Below are positions 16,509 through 31,000 of a stretch of 64,000 nt of DNA, piece by piece. A model generated the notes under the pieces. That model saw only the letters and a program-made list of their open reading frames with translations, had not been told where the DNA came from and made no database searches. A program made the position numbers and the translations under genes. Position 1 is the stretch's first letter, and every line of letters begins with the position of its first letter. The DNA is from Chrysomallon squamiferum (lineage: Eukaryota; Animalia; Mollusca), in assembly GCA_012295275.1 (NCBI GenBank), contig CM022677.1, forward strand, positions 15,500,001 through 15,564,000. Direction: 5' to 3'.

Positions 16509-16694
<186 letters not shown>

Positions 16695-16695
16695 G

Positions 16696-16901
<206 letters not shown>

Positions 16902-16902
16902 G

Positions 16903-17008
<106 letters not shown>

Positions 17009-17116
17009 ACTTCTTCTGCTGCTGCTATGACTATAACTACTACCTCTTCAACAGTTACCACCATAACAACAACAACAACAGCAACTACTACTACTGCTGT
17101 TATTGTGTATTTCCAG

Positions 17117-17364
17117 CCGATCGGTATTGGATTGGAGGAAATGACATCGCTTTGGAAGGCGCTTTCAAATGGACGTCAAGGTGCGGTTCTGAACCTATGA
17201 GGTTTATGTCATTTTACAGATCGCAGCCTGACAATTATCAACGACGTCAACACTGCCTTGAGATTTTTGCAAAAGGTAATTTTCAGTTCTGGAACGACAG
17301 ACCTTGCGATGATAGAGCAGGCTTCATATGCGAATACAATCCCAGACCGTTGTGGATAGTGTAA
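17117..17364 (+). CDS. Second duplicate of CTL-B terminal exon (candidate alternative last exon)
   Basis: Intact acceptor, 248 nt, same peptide, followed by AATAAA. Use in transcripts is unknown. Confidence 0.6.
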
Positions 17365-18118
17365 TAATAAAAAAATAAATAAAAAACTAAATTCCCAGAG
17401 GTTTCTTTTCTTTTGTTATTAGCATTAGTATGACAGCCACTGAGTCAGTCACACAGTGAGTCAGTAAGACAGTCACTGAGTCAGTCACACAGTGAGTCAC
17501 TAAAACACTGTCACTCCAGTGAAGACATTTCACAGCTCCACGCAGTCTGCGTTGTCACAGCTGTCTGTCTGTGTATCTACAACACAGTTCACACATTTCA
17601 CAGCTCCACGCAGTCTTCATTGTCACAGCTGTCTGCCTGTGTATCTACAAAACATAGGCCTCTCAAAAACACACAGAAAACCACACAAAAAACACATTAT
17701 TTCTATCTAACTCATAAACACATATTCCCACAGTTTGTTGCTCAAATACTCAAACCAACCTATCGGACATGTTCATCATTTCATATTCACTCTATAAAAA
17801 ATATTTGTCATACACACTTACACACACACATGCATATGTATATCTACCATTATATATATACACCCCACATTACTATCATGCAGTTGCTTTCATCTATTAT
17901 GTCTCTTAATGTGCTTGTCTCGGTATTTCTATAGTTCCTCTGTGGCTTTCTATTTATCTTTGTTCCTTTCTATCAGTCTATTTATCTGTTAGTCTGTCTA
18001 AGTTTTTATCTGTATCAAACTCTCTACCTCTGAGTCTCTCTGTCTCACTAGCCTGCTGCATGCACAGCAACTTTCAAAATCCATGTTTATCTTTCTGTTT
18101 GCCTGTCCATTTATAACC

Positions 18119-18238
<120 letters not shown>

Positions 18239-18268
18239 GTTTCTGTTCACTCTTCATTAGCCATCAAA

Positions 18269-18475
18269 TTTTCTAACCTGATTCTAGTGTTAGCATAGTA
18301 AAAACAACAACAACACACACATATCTGTAATTTCACGTATTTTCTGCTTTATTTAGTTTTGAATGACACCCAACAGCAACATTTACTTTTGTTCTGGAGT
18401 GTTGTGTATCAAATTCAGACATAAAGAAAGAAACAAAAATTTCACCTATAATGTGAAATAATAATAATAATAATA

Positions 18476-18532
<57 letters not shown>

Positions 18533-18702
18533 GATCATGATGATGATGATGATGATGATAATGATGATAACAAGAAGAAGAAGAAAATTAAAAGTAATTG
18601 GGTGTCATTCAAAACTAAATAAAGCAGAAAATACGTGAACTTACAGATATGTGTTTGTTGTTTTTGTTTTTACTATGCTAACACTAGAATCAGGTTAGAA
18701 AA
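18269..18702. mobile_element. Foldback/MITE-like element with ~105-bp inverted arms
   Basis: 18269-18373 (ttttctaacctgattctagtgttagcatagta...gaatgacacccaa) is a near-perfect reverse complement of 18598-18702. Spacer contains (AAT)n and (GAT)n. No clear TSD. Confidence 0.75.
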
Positions 18703-21700
18703 CAATATTGATCAAGAAACAGGTACACACAACAAAACACACTCACACACACACACGCAGCTACCTGTCACTCTGACACAGGGATGCTAGACTAATTGTG
18801 TTTGAAATATTTTAATATAGATCTATTTTTCGTTTCAGACTTTTTCGTCTATGCTAATTGCTTTATAAAATGGATAAAATGTTAAATCACTTTGTATATA
18901 TTTATGACAGAGATAAAGAGTTTATTTAGGTTTATGTCTGTATTGGTCATTTTCTGCTGCATAAAAACGTGATGTTTTTGCCTCTGATCGGTAGAGAAAT
19001 AAACTTGTTTTCGTTAAATATTTTAATGTTGTTGTTGTTTTTTATTACCGAAAGAAACAGATACCTGTCAATACCTCCTCCACTCACACACACACAAACC
19101 AGTGGACTTTGTACAGGACAATACTGATAGATGAAATTAACTGATATATATTTCACACTAAGGTATGCGATGTTGGTAAAAGAAAGTGATTACATTTTCT
19201 ATGCACTGCAGAGATTTGAGTTGTTTTATTTTATTAAATGTTTTTCTAATTAACTGTTGGTTAATTCTTTGTAACAGATCATATTTATTTATTCTTAGAG
19301 ACGTCAGTTGTTAGCCTTCCATTTTCTGTCACTTTACTAAATATATAATAAAATTATGAAATTAATTCCATATCAGTAATTTTATTATTTTTATTTAGAA
19401 ACTCTTTTACTTACAGACACTGCCTGTGTGATTATCACGTTGAGAATGTCATCAGTAATACTAATAGAAACCATAGAAACCGATTCCAGTCAGAATATTT
19501 TTGTCAGCAGTTCCTACAGTTCCTAGATGTTTTGAGAAGAAAGCATGCAACATCAATAATGGAAAAAAAAGGTAAGTTCTTTTTGAGTGATATTATTTAT
19601 TCTTGTTACATTTTACAGGAAATAAGAAACTATAAGGTGAACTGAAATTTATTTTAACTGAATAAATAAGAGACATAAAAACATTCATAATGAAGCTGTA
19701 GGGTATTTATTTAGTTATTTCATGTATTTCGTGTGATCTTTGCGGTTTTTGCCAGGGATCAGCAATGGTCAGAGTTTTTGTAGTGATTTCCACCAGAATA
19801 GCTAAATGGGTTATATCTCTGTGTACATTTCATTGTTGTATGTCACATTTCTGACACTGTCCACACTTAGGTAACTGCGTTAAAAACCAGATTATTCTTG
19901 CTCTTTGGCTTGGAGGTCACGTCGAGATGTTTCGTCTTTGTCACACAGTGTGGACTTTGAAATACTCAGAGTCTTTGCTGTATCTCACATTGACTCATAG
20001 CATCTTCAGACGTTTGTCCAATGTGTCAAATTTTCAGAGCAGAAAAACAACAACACTGGAAATGTTTCTAATTGTATAAGTACTTTAATCCTAGGATTAA
20101 ATTAGTTTCCTGTTTGAGAATCCACTTTCCCACTGGAATCTAGGTCAGCATTTGCCACTGTTTTAAAAATATGTTCATATTATTACTGATTTTTTTTTTT
20201 ATTATTCTTAATATTTTAATTCTGTTTTTTAGCTGTAGAAACACAAAAGTCAGGCAGCTGAAATTCTTGATTCTCTGGACTATCTGTGACATTCTGATGA
20301 TCTTCTGAAAGAGGTAAAGAAAACTGTTGTCTTGGTCTTTCTAAGTCTGCAGTATAGGTAGCTGTGATCCCATCCTCATTACCTCTCAATAGTTATGTTT
20401 TTCTTTGTTGTTTTTTTATTCACAATAGTCTTTTTTCTTTTGGATGACGTGAAACTAATGTTGTAATCGAGACTCGTTTCCGACTCGCACGCGGCTTTGC
20501 GTCTGCTAAAAACACAAAACAAAACAACATTTTAATCTATTGAACAAGAACAGATAATTTTGAATTCACAGATAAGAAATATTCACTTATTAATATGTTT
20601 ATGACATCAAGGCTGACATCAAACACAGTAACGATACGGAACTCTCTGGTATGGAACTAGGCAAGTCTTAGATTGTAATGTTTATATCAGTTTTCATTTT
20701 CTTAAATAACAGAAATTATACTAAATAAGATTTTAAAAATATATATTGTTTTGTTATTTATTTATTTATTTATTTATTAACACTGAACAGTCTATGCATT
20801 TTTCATTATCAGTAATAGAAAATATAAAAATATTGATTTTGTTTCACAAAGACAATGAAAACTAAGATTTTTTTAAAATGTATGATGCTCTACAAGAAGC
20901 ATGAAGAAGATGCATTTTCCACAGAAAACATGAAACATATAAAATAAACCCATATTTTATAATCAACAGTGAAACAGTAAATTAAGTAAAATATTCATTT
21001 TTCACAGTGATATATACTGATTTTTTTTATTATTATTATTTGTTTTTTATATTGTTCTTGCTTCTTTTTTAAAGTTTTTGGAAGCAGCACATGAAATTTC
21101 AGGTTTTACTTTATAAAGAGCTCAGTGCATAATGAGACGTGAACATTAATGTCTTTTTTTGTTTTCTTCTATTAAAAAGGAAGAAGTGAGAAGACCTGAA
21201 ATTAAGGAGGTGTATTATTATCTACACACAGACTCATACTGAAAAGAAGAGTGTAAAGGTTATACCAACTTTTATTGTAAACAAGAAGCCCAGTATGAAG
21301 AAATATGGATTGGTTTCCAGGTAAGTGCCCTTTCTAAATAAATGTATTAGGGTAAATGAATACCAGATAATTAAATGTGACAGGTACTTTAAAAGAAGCT
21401 CATTGTATGTTGAACATTTGAGTGATAAACATGTGGTTTCTTTTACTTTAATAATAAATTAAAAAGTATCCAGTAACAGATGCACAGATGGATAGAAAGA
21501 TAGATGATGGACTGATACACAGATTATACAGACTGCATGAAAAACAGAGTCAGAAGGTTGAGAAGTAGTCATAGTTAGGCAGGAATAATAAAATATAGAT
21601 AGACAGATAAACAGACAGACAGACCCTAGATAGAGAGGAAGATACACAGATAGAAAGAGAAGGTACAGTGATAATAACTACTTTGGACAGTGAGAGAGAA

Positions 21701-21884
21701 ACTATATAAAGTTTTATAGACAGAGTGTGTTTGTAGATGGACAGACATACATACATGTTGTAATGTAGGTATGTAGACATAGATATGTAGGTAGGCAGGG
21801 AGTTGGGTAGATGATAGATGGATTGGAATATTCTTGCATGGAGAAGATGAAAAAGCTAGAAAAGATAAAACAAGCAGATAGGTT

Positions 21885-22310
21885 GGTAGACAGGCAGGTG
21901 TGTGTGTAGATAGTTACTCAACAGGTTGATATATAGACACAAAGAGATGCAGAGTGGTGGATAGGTAGACAGGTAGGTGTGTGTGTAGATAGGTAGACAG
22001 GTAGATGTGTGTGTAGATAGGTAGACAGGCAGGTGTGTGTGTAGATAGGTAGACAGGCAGGTGTGTGTGTAGATAGTTACTCAACAGGTTGATATATAGA
22101 CACAAAGAGATGAAGAGATGTGTGGATAGGTAGACAGATAGGTAGACAGATAGGTGTGTGTGTAGATAGGTAGACAGGCAGGTGTGTGTGTAGATAGGTA
22201 GACAGGTAGGTGTGTGTGTAGATAGGTAGACAGGTAGGTGTGTGTGTAGATAGTTACTCAACAGGTTGATATATAGACACAAAGAGATGCAGAGTGGTGA
22301 ACAGGTAGAT
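21885..22310. repeat. Higher-order tandem repeat (~165-180-bp units with 28-bp subunits)
   Basis: gatagttactcaacaggttgatatatagacacaaagagatg occurs 3 times, separated by gtagataggtagacaggcaggtgtgtgt subunits. Confidence 0.9.
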
Positions 22311-23330
22311 AAGTGGTAACCACATCTACAGGTTCATGTGTTTAATGTGCTACAACGTGTATGAATGAGACTGTGCTTGTGTTATAAATGGACAGACATA
22401 CAGAAAGACAGAGGCTGTAAAATAGTTATGCAAGGAGGTAGCCAGGGAGATGGACAGATGATTCATAGATGGTTATTTTTATGGATCGGAATGTGAGCAT
22501 ATAGATAAAATAAAAATAGAGAAACTGATATATATGGTAACATAGAAATATGTGTTCTATATAGGTGTGTAAGTTGAGTATATGTTTTGTTACAGAGAGA
22601 ATGGGTATGTTGTATGTGAAGGGAAACTTGTTTGTGTTTGTGTCTGTGTGCCTGTGTGTGTGTGTGTGTGTGTGTGTAGGAAAATGTGCTTGCCAGTTTT
22701 TTGAAGAGTGGCTGTGAATTTAATGTATATATGTTACATATGTGAAACTAGTCATTTGTCCTAATGGTTGAAATGTTTAGGGTTTTGTCCTAATGAGTAA
22801 AACTTATAGGAATTAGTTCAAATGACTGAAATAGACCTTTAGTCATTAGGCAATATCACTGAATGAAAAAGAATAATTTCCAAACATTTAGTTTGAAACA
22901 AATCACAAGTAGAGTTCTATTTATTACAGCAGTTCAAACTTGAGTAACATCTTGAATTGTTCTTGAAACATTTTGTTTGACTCTTTTCCACTTCACAGTT
23001 GATTTCACAAACTGTTGTCCTCCTGCAGTGGTCTCCTTTGACAGCCCTGCTCTAAGAGACATCATGAGACAATAGCTGTCTCTGGGGACACACATCAAAC
23101 TGGCTCCTGGCACTGGGCAGCAGCTGGACAGGTTCCGAGTTGGGTGGCAGCTGGTCAGACAAGGCAGTTGCTAAAGTGGTCAGGTTTCGAGTTGGGTGAC
23201 AGCTGGTCAAGATTGAGTTGGGTGGCAAAAAACTGGTCAAGTAAGACAGTTGCTAAAGTGGATGTTGCTTGGTGTAGCTCGAGTTCTTCCTGAATTGAAA
23301 AAAACTTGATGCCTACACCCCAGTTCCTTG

Positions 23331-23500
23331 TGGTCTTTGATGTAACAATAACAGTACTTCTAATCCCTACCATATAACTGGTCTTTGATGTAACAATAAC
23401 AGTACCTCTAATCCCTACCATATAACTGGTATTTGACGTAACAATAACAGTACTTCTAATCCCTACCATATAACTGGTATTTGATGTAACAATAACACTG
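23331..23500. repeat. 48-bp tandem repeat, ~3.5 units
   Basis: tggtctttgatgtaacaataacagtacttctaatccctaccatataac at 23331, 23379, 23427 and 23475. Confidence 0.9.
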
Positions 23501-24114
23501 AATATTTTTACTTTATTACACTGATTACTTGGGTACATATTTCAAATCTTTAAAAAAAAAAAAAAATAAAAAGTAAAATAAAAATGGTTAAGTCTGACAC
23601 ACATTTCCTTGTGCAGCCTCCAGTCTACCCACATTCCCAGAAAGCAGAGTTTTATTTAAAATACGTAAAACATAGCCATGGCAACCGGTAAATGGAATAT
23701 ATGTGTTGCCATGGTGACTAAAAACAGTGTGTATTGTAAAGATCTGTATTATTTGGTTTACAGCCATGGCTGGATTAAGACAGCACATATGCTATAAGTT
23801 AAATACAAACTATCATCAACTAATGAGTTTATTTGTAATGTACTCATATTTGTATTAAAATATATAAACTGTTAACAAAATATTAGCTATACAGAAATAT
23901 GTTAACTTTCTTAAAAAATACATTTTGATTTCATAAGACTTATTTCAAACTGATAAATTATGCAAATACATTTTACATGAAAGTAGCGATATCCTTTGAT
24001 CAGACATTTTATTTTTACATTTCTTTGAGAAATATGATAGTCAAAATGCAACATGCTTGATTCTGTTTTCTTCAAATCTGCTGTTGTTGCTGTAGTTGTT
24101 CCATCACCACTTTC

Positions 24115-24695
24115 TGCTGCTGTTCTCTTTAAGCTGGTTTCTGACTGAACTGTGTTTTCACTGACTGTGTTACTGCTGTTCTCTGTAAGCTCGTTTCTGA
24201 CTGAACTGTGTTTTCACTGTGTTACTGCTGTTCTCTTTAAGCTGGTTTCTGACTGAACTGTGTTTTCACTGTGTTACTGCTGTTCTCTTTAAGCTAGTTT
24301 CTGACTGAACTGTGTTTTCACTCACTGTGTTACTGCTGTTTTCTTTAAGCTAGTTTCTGACTGAACTGTGTTTTCACTGTGTTACTGCTGTTCTCTTTAA
24401 GCTAGTTTCTGACTGAACTGTGTTTTCACTGACTGTTTTACTGCTGTTTTCTTTAAGCTAGTTTCTGACTGAACTGTGTTTTCACTGACTGTGTTACTGG
24501 TGTTTTCTTTAAGCTGGTTTCTGACTGAACTGTGTTTTCACTGACTGTGTTACTGCTGTTTTCACTGACTGTGTTACTGCTGTTCTCTTTAAGCTAGTTT
24601 CTGACTGTGTTACTGGTGTTTTCAGTGACTGTGTTACTGCTGTTTTCACTGACTGTGTTACTGGTGTTTTCACTGACTGTGTTACTGCTGTTTTC
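24115..24695. repeat. 56/60-bp minisatellite
   Basis: Variants of ctgctgttctctttaagctggtttctgactgaactgtgttttcact(gact)gtgtta. Confidence 0.95.
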
Positions 24696-25165
24696 TGCTT
24701 CTATCACTGGCACATGCTCTACCTCCATCATCTTTTTACCTACAAACAAGTGATATTTTTATATACCTCTTATCTCTTTATAGCACTGTGTGTCATTTTG
24801 TTTCTACATAATTATCTTTGTATGTGTAAGAGTGAGTTTTTATGCTGCATGTTATATGTATGTATGTATGTATGTGTGTGTGTTTCTGTGTATGTGTGTA
24901 TATATATGTGTGTGAGTGTGTATGGGTATTGTATTAAGTTTGTATGTCTACATGTGTGTGTGAATGTGTCTGTATTTGTATGGTGTGTGTTTGTCTATGT
25001 GTGAGTCAGTTTCTGTGTGTGTGTGTTTTCTGTGTGAGTGTGTTTGTATCTGTGTTTGCATGGATGTTTTTATTCGAATGCATATGTGTGCATGTGTATG
25101 CGCATGTGTGTGTATGTGTGTATGTGGGTATATGTGTGTATGTGTGTGTATGTGTGTGTGTGTAT

Positions 25166-27165
25166 GGATGTGTAAAAGGAAGAGATGTTGCTGATAATAT
25201 TATGTAGTGAGGGATGTTACAGATATTGCTGAGTTAAATAAAACTGAAGTGATTATTGTTAAAATGGATCAAGAAAAGCTTTTGATAGAGTGTCACATAG
25301 TTTTATAATAAAAGTTCTGAAAAAATTCAATTTCAATGATAAATTTATAACATGGATTAAAATACTCTGTAATGATCTAAAAAGTTGTGTCAAGATTAAT
25401 GGACATTTAACACTTTTCTTTAATATTACAAGAGGTGTTAGACAAGGATGTCCAATACCAATGATGCTTTATCTTATTGTAGTTGAACCCTTGAATAATT
25501 TAATTATAAGTAGACACAGCATGAAAGGAATTAGAATAACAAATGAATTTAGTTGTTTATTATTTCAGCATGCAGATGATTCTACTGTAACAGTCTGTGA
25601 TGCTCAGTCAGTAGAATCTGTTTTTAATACAGTAAATGTGTAAAAGTCAATATAGGTAAGTCAGAAGTACTTTCTGTTGGTAAGACTATAAAAAATACTT
25701 ATCATTTAACATTCTGATATCAGTGAATAAAGATTGTGTTGAAATTCTAAGTATATATTTAGGACCAAATAATGTGAAAAGGTTGAACTGGAAAAATAAA
25801 TTTGATAAAATTTCTAATTTAATTAATTTATGGAGTCAAAGGAAACTTTCTTTACATGGACAAGTAGAAGTATGGGATACTTTATTATTATCTAGACTGT
25901 GGTATATCATTAGCACAATAAATGTACCAAACTGGGTAGAAAATTAAATTCACAAATTATTTTATAAATTTATGTGGGTTGGAAAAAAACCTAATAAAAT
26001 ATTCAACAATAATTGGCTATTATTCAAGATGTTTCATTAAAGAAAATGGCTTTTCATTTTAAAATGTTAAAGAAATATTTTGATAATAATTTTAAAATTG
26101 TTTGGATATATATGAATATGAATTTAAATTATGACATTTTTAACATAGTTTACAGTAAAGACGCATTAAAAAATGTCCACCCTTTTTATGCTGAAATGTT
26201 ATCAGCTTGGGACTATGTTAATAATGGAGAACATATTTTCCCAAATGATACAACTGAAATATTGTCCCAACTACTTTTTCAGAATCCATTCATTAAATAT
26301 AAAAATAAATTATTACTATTTAGTTCTTTTATTCAAAGTGGAATAGTCAAAGTGGCTGAGATTGCATATGAAGTAATTTTAGGTTTCTTCCCATTTACAT
26401 CTGTTGTTGAAATTATTCATGACAAATATCCAGAATTACCCTAAACACAAATTTATATTGCTTAAAGTGTTCTGAAATCACTTCCAGATGAATGGAAAAG
26501 TTATATTAACAGAAATGCTAAACGATTAACACCTAATAAAGATTTATTTCTCTTTCATAATAATGTCAGTACATTTACAGTTAAAATATTTTATTATATA
26601 TTACTTTCAAAAAATGTTAAAGCACCTACATGTGAAGAAAAATGGACTGAGCTTGGTTTTAATAAATTCTGGAGACCAGTTTGGAAATGGATACACTACA
26701 GTGTTAAATTTACTGAATTTACTGACTTAGATTTGAGAACAGCTCATCATCTAATATATACATATAGTAAATTATGTAGAGATGGAAAAATCTCATCTAG
26801 TGTATGTCCAGTGTATCTGAAGGATAATGAAGATGTGTGCCATTTATTTTTGTATTGTGAAGAATTGTCGGAACTAAAATCTATCTTTCATGAAATATTT
26901 ATTCAAATATTTAAGAAAACAGGGTTTTCATTAGATCAGTTAAAGAGACTGTTAATATTAGGATGTTATCTCACAGTTGAAAATTGTTCAATAGAATTTA
27001 TTAACAAATATATTAAGAATAATATTTTTCTAGAATTAAAAGATGACATGCTTATTTTCAAATATCCTTTAGCAGACTTTAAGTAATCATAAAAATGGAT
27101 AAAAAATATATCTAAGGTCATAGTATATGTTAGATTTTTTCTGTGGAAAGATGTATATTAAAAAT
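25166..27165 (+). mobile_element. Degenerate 5'-truncated non-LTR retrotransposon (L1/Tx1 clade) ORF2: RT plus C-terminal Cys/His region
   Basis: Frameshifted segments GCVKGRDVADNI, MDQEK(AF)DRVSH, FITWIKIL, SCVKING, TRGVRQGCP, LFQHADDST, INLWSQRKLSLHG, LLLSRLWY, CPV...EDVCHLFLYC; many stops. Confidence 0.9.
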
Positions 27166-27504
27166 AAGATTTTTAGTTGCTTGTTTAAAAAGGATGTCAC
27201 TTCATGTTGCAGAAACAGGTTTTCTTTTCCATTAGCTGTATTGTTATTTACCTTTTAAGATACACAGAACTAGTAAAAAACATGCGGTGTATGTTCTTAA
27301 ATAAAATATTTCTTCTTTATTTCAGATTTGTTCTATTTGTTCATCAGAATGGGACACAGACAGCAGAACCGACAGAGATTTTTCTAAAAAAAAATGGTAT
27401 GAAAAACACACACATTAACTTACCTGTTTAAGTATCAACTTACCTTCTTCTCACTTTTTGTAATGGTAATATATTCTCAATACAAAGAATAAGAAAAACA
27501 GATT

Positions 27505-27692
27505 AGAGCAAGGAGAGTCCATAATAATAAGTGAAGTAATCGTAGTATACAATTAGCTTGATAACTTAGCAAGTAGAGTCTATAATAATAAGTAAAGTAA
27601 TTGTAGTATACAAATAGCTTGGTAACTTAGCAAGAAGAGTCTATAATAATAAGTAAAGTAATTGTAGTATACAAATAGCTTGATAAGTTAGT
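27505..27692. repeat. ~61-bp tandem repeat, 3 units
   Basis: agcaagtagagtctataataataagtaaagtaattgtagtatacaaatagcttgataactt. Confidence 0.9.
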
Positions 27693-28044
27693 ATTCTTAC
27701 ATATTTCCATGCTCTATTACCATTGTTTTATTTCTTTTTAGCTTATATTTGTACTAGAGGTAATCAAATCCATTTCTTGTTTTGTTTTCAACTTGCAAGA
27801 ATATGGTCTGCTTTGTTTTGTTTTGATTTCAAAGTTTTAAACATTAATTTTGTCACCCCTTAGTTTTTAATATAATTTGATGATTCTAAGGATTTAGAAT
27901 ATTTATAATTTAGTTATTTCAAAAAAAAAAATTATATCAGAATAAAACATTAGTTATTATATACGTATCTGTCAGAGAAATATTTTATATATCTACAGAT
28001 AAATAAATAAATAAATAAATAAATAAATGGGTGCTGTTTTTCAG

Positions 28045-31000
28045 AAACTGCTTGGTACACAAGATGAGCTAATTCTGTGAGCTTACCACAGCAGAGAAAT
28101 GTCATCAAAGAATCTGAACTAACCTGGCAGAAACAGGATCATCTGCAGAGGTTGTTGTTGTTGTAGTAATAGCAGTAATAGTAGTACAACCCATTGTTGC
28201 AGTAGTGTAATTGTTATAGTGTTAGCACTTGATAATAATAGTTCTTGTTTGTAGTAATAGGTGATATTTTAGCCAATGATCCTCTGTGATCATAATGTAT
28301 CTTGTGTGGCTAATGGTCAGAAAAATACTAGCTGTAGTCATAGCACTACTAGTAGTTGTAGTAGTAGCAGTACTAACAGTAGTTTCGTTGTTGCAGTAGT
28401 AGTAGTAATAGAGGGAGTGTTAGTATATGACAGTTAAATGAGAAATTGTTATGATAAAAGTAAAAACAAAAGTAGCTGTAGTAACAGGAGCATTTGTTGT
28501 TGTTTTTGTTGTAGTAATTATAACAATAACTATAAAATAATAGATTTCTTTGTTGAATTGGGGGAAAAAAGAAAACTGATTAATGGTTTATTTATTATTT
28601 TATTTGTTTGTTTGTTTGTTTGTTTGTTTATTTAATATTTGATTCAGTATTTTATTGATTGATTGATTTGTTTATTTATTTATTTACCTGCTCAGATGAG
28701 GCACCCACCAATCAGAATCAGACCAGTGAGTTGTCCACTTTGTTGGTTAATGTCGAGTCAAAGTTTTGATCAGCTCAATGTTGGTGACCTTGAGCCCCAC
28801 AGACACTGCAGCCGACCATGTTGAACTACAACGATTCTGACAGCATAAAGTTGAAGAGTGTTACGCCAGGTGACCAACCTCAACAGTCAAATGTCAGTAA
28901 TCATGGAGAAAAACTTGAACCTTTAATGTCAGCTGAGCTAAAACCAGGCAAAGAAAAACACTTAAATCATTCAAAAGCAGAGGAAAGATACGAGACTCCC
29001 AGAAAGAGGACAACATCTCCAACAAAACCTAGGAAACCTCCTCAAACATCACCCATCAGAGCTGATGTAGTTCCATTCAAGGGGACATAACTGGAAGCCA
29101 CTGTTTCTCTCAATCCCAACACCAGATGAACCAGTAAGTGTCATTTCAGTGTCTGATACTCCACTAACAAAGAAAATGTATTGGTTTATTAAATAATATG
29201 TATATTTGTTCATTTACACAGGATTAGAATTTCCTGGTGTATGTTTCTGTAAAATGAAAAGTAAAGTAATGTATGATCTCTAAAATTTCAAATAGTAGAG
29301 AAATAATTGTCTTATAGTCAGGAAATTTTAGATTTTTATTGTTAAAAAGGTTATTTAAATATTTTATGTTGAGAAATATGTAATTAGATAAAACTTTTTA
29401 ACTATAACCATTTATTTTATTTGTATGCATGTATTTTGTTATATGCTTATACAACTCAATTTTTTCTATGTTCAGTGTTTCAGAAACTGTGACTGCTTGT
29501 TGCTGTAAGTGGAAATCCCTCTTCAGCATTTTGATGTGCTATTGGTGATGTGATGTCTTTTCTGATTTGTTTTTCTTTTCGTAGATGCCAATTTTGTTTT
29601 ATCGAAAAGGAACCTTTGAGGATTATCTAAAACAGCTGAAATCACTTTCCTCTGGTATGTAGCAAAAGTTTTATTTCTCTCTTACTTTTATAAGGAATTT
29701 AATGTATTAGTGAAATAATTAAGTAGCCTAAAATTGCCAAATACTGGGGAAAATAATTAAAAAATGAAAAGAAAAAATCATGAAAAAAATCTTTATTATT
29801 AGACAGGGTCCTTCATTAAATGGATTATTTATTTATTTATGATTTCAGTTTATTGTTTTTCTTGTTACTATCATCATTATTATTATTATAACTTATTTAT
29901 CTGTTTTTAATCATCATCATCATTATTGTTATTTATATTATATTATTGTTATTATTATAAACATTTGTTCTATGGCTTTTGTGATGATGGCTAAATATGA
30001 TTGTTTTTTAAATTTCAGTATATCACATATTTTTGTAATTTCACACAGTTCTCTGGTGTGAGACACTACAAGTCTACCTGACTGTGAAGATTTCTGGTGA
30101 AACATTGGCTGACTACAATCTGAACAAACTGGAGGAAGGATCCCAGCTCTGTTATAAAATCTTCATTTACATCAGGTGCTGCCCTTTTTGTTACACCTTG
30201 TTGTATTTGATTTAGATTCTTGAGAAAAATGGTTTTAATGTTATTCTACTGACAAAGATAACAGTAAAATGATAGCAGCAATTCATCTGGTGACACAACA
30301 TTTATGAATGTTGTATTTTGGAAAAACAGATTTTTAAATAGTTTTTAATGGCTATTTATTTTTATTATTATTTGTTATTCTTATTATCTCATTTAAAAGT
30401 GTATACATGGCCAAGAAAAGAATGTTTTTAATTGCGTTTTTGACAGTAACTTGCTTTTCAAAAGAAAAGTGAATTTTCTAAATTACATTATATTGGGTTT
30501 TAGAGTCAACTGTTAATTGTGGGACAACTCTAAACTTTTAGTAAAAAGAAAAAAAATATACTTTGTGTATCTTTAGGAATAAAAATGAGTCATTTAATTT
30601 TTAATTTTTTAGGAAGTAAACAATTTTATAATTAACCATTTGCACCTGTCTTTAATGTAAAAATTAACATAGGATAAAAAGTTGCAGTATTTAACACACT
30701 TATTTAAGTTTGAAACTGCTTCTAGGTAATAAAAAAATAATGTGGAAGGGAAACAACTCACACACACAGAAAAGAAAAAGAAAGTTAACAAAGAAACAAA
30801 ACATAAAATAAAAACTAAACAAAAATATTGTAGCTAAATTTTTATTTCATTTTGTTCTCAAAACATTTTCACACTTTTAGAAAAGAGAAAAAGGTCACAC
30901 AAGCGCTAATGGTAGAAGATGAGGGAGAATTTTCCAGACTTGTACTCTGACATGCAGAGCTGGTGTGTTGTGTGTGCAGTCTACAGGTGACCAGTTCATC

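Larger units (their letters stand above)
19750..24739 (-). pseudogene. Decayed exons of an unidentified large low-complexity protein gene
   Basis: Polypyrimidine-AG acceptors precede 24739 (GKKMMEVEHVPVIEAENSSNTVS...), 23290 (EELELHQATSTLATVLLDQ...DQLPPNSEPVQLLP) and ~20505 (RRKAACESETSLDYNISFTSSKRKK...). Frameshifts and stops are present. Confidence 0.4.
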
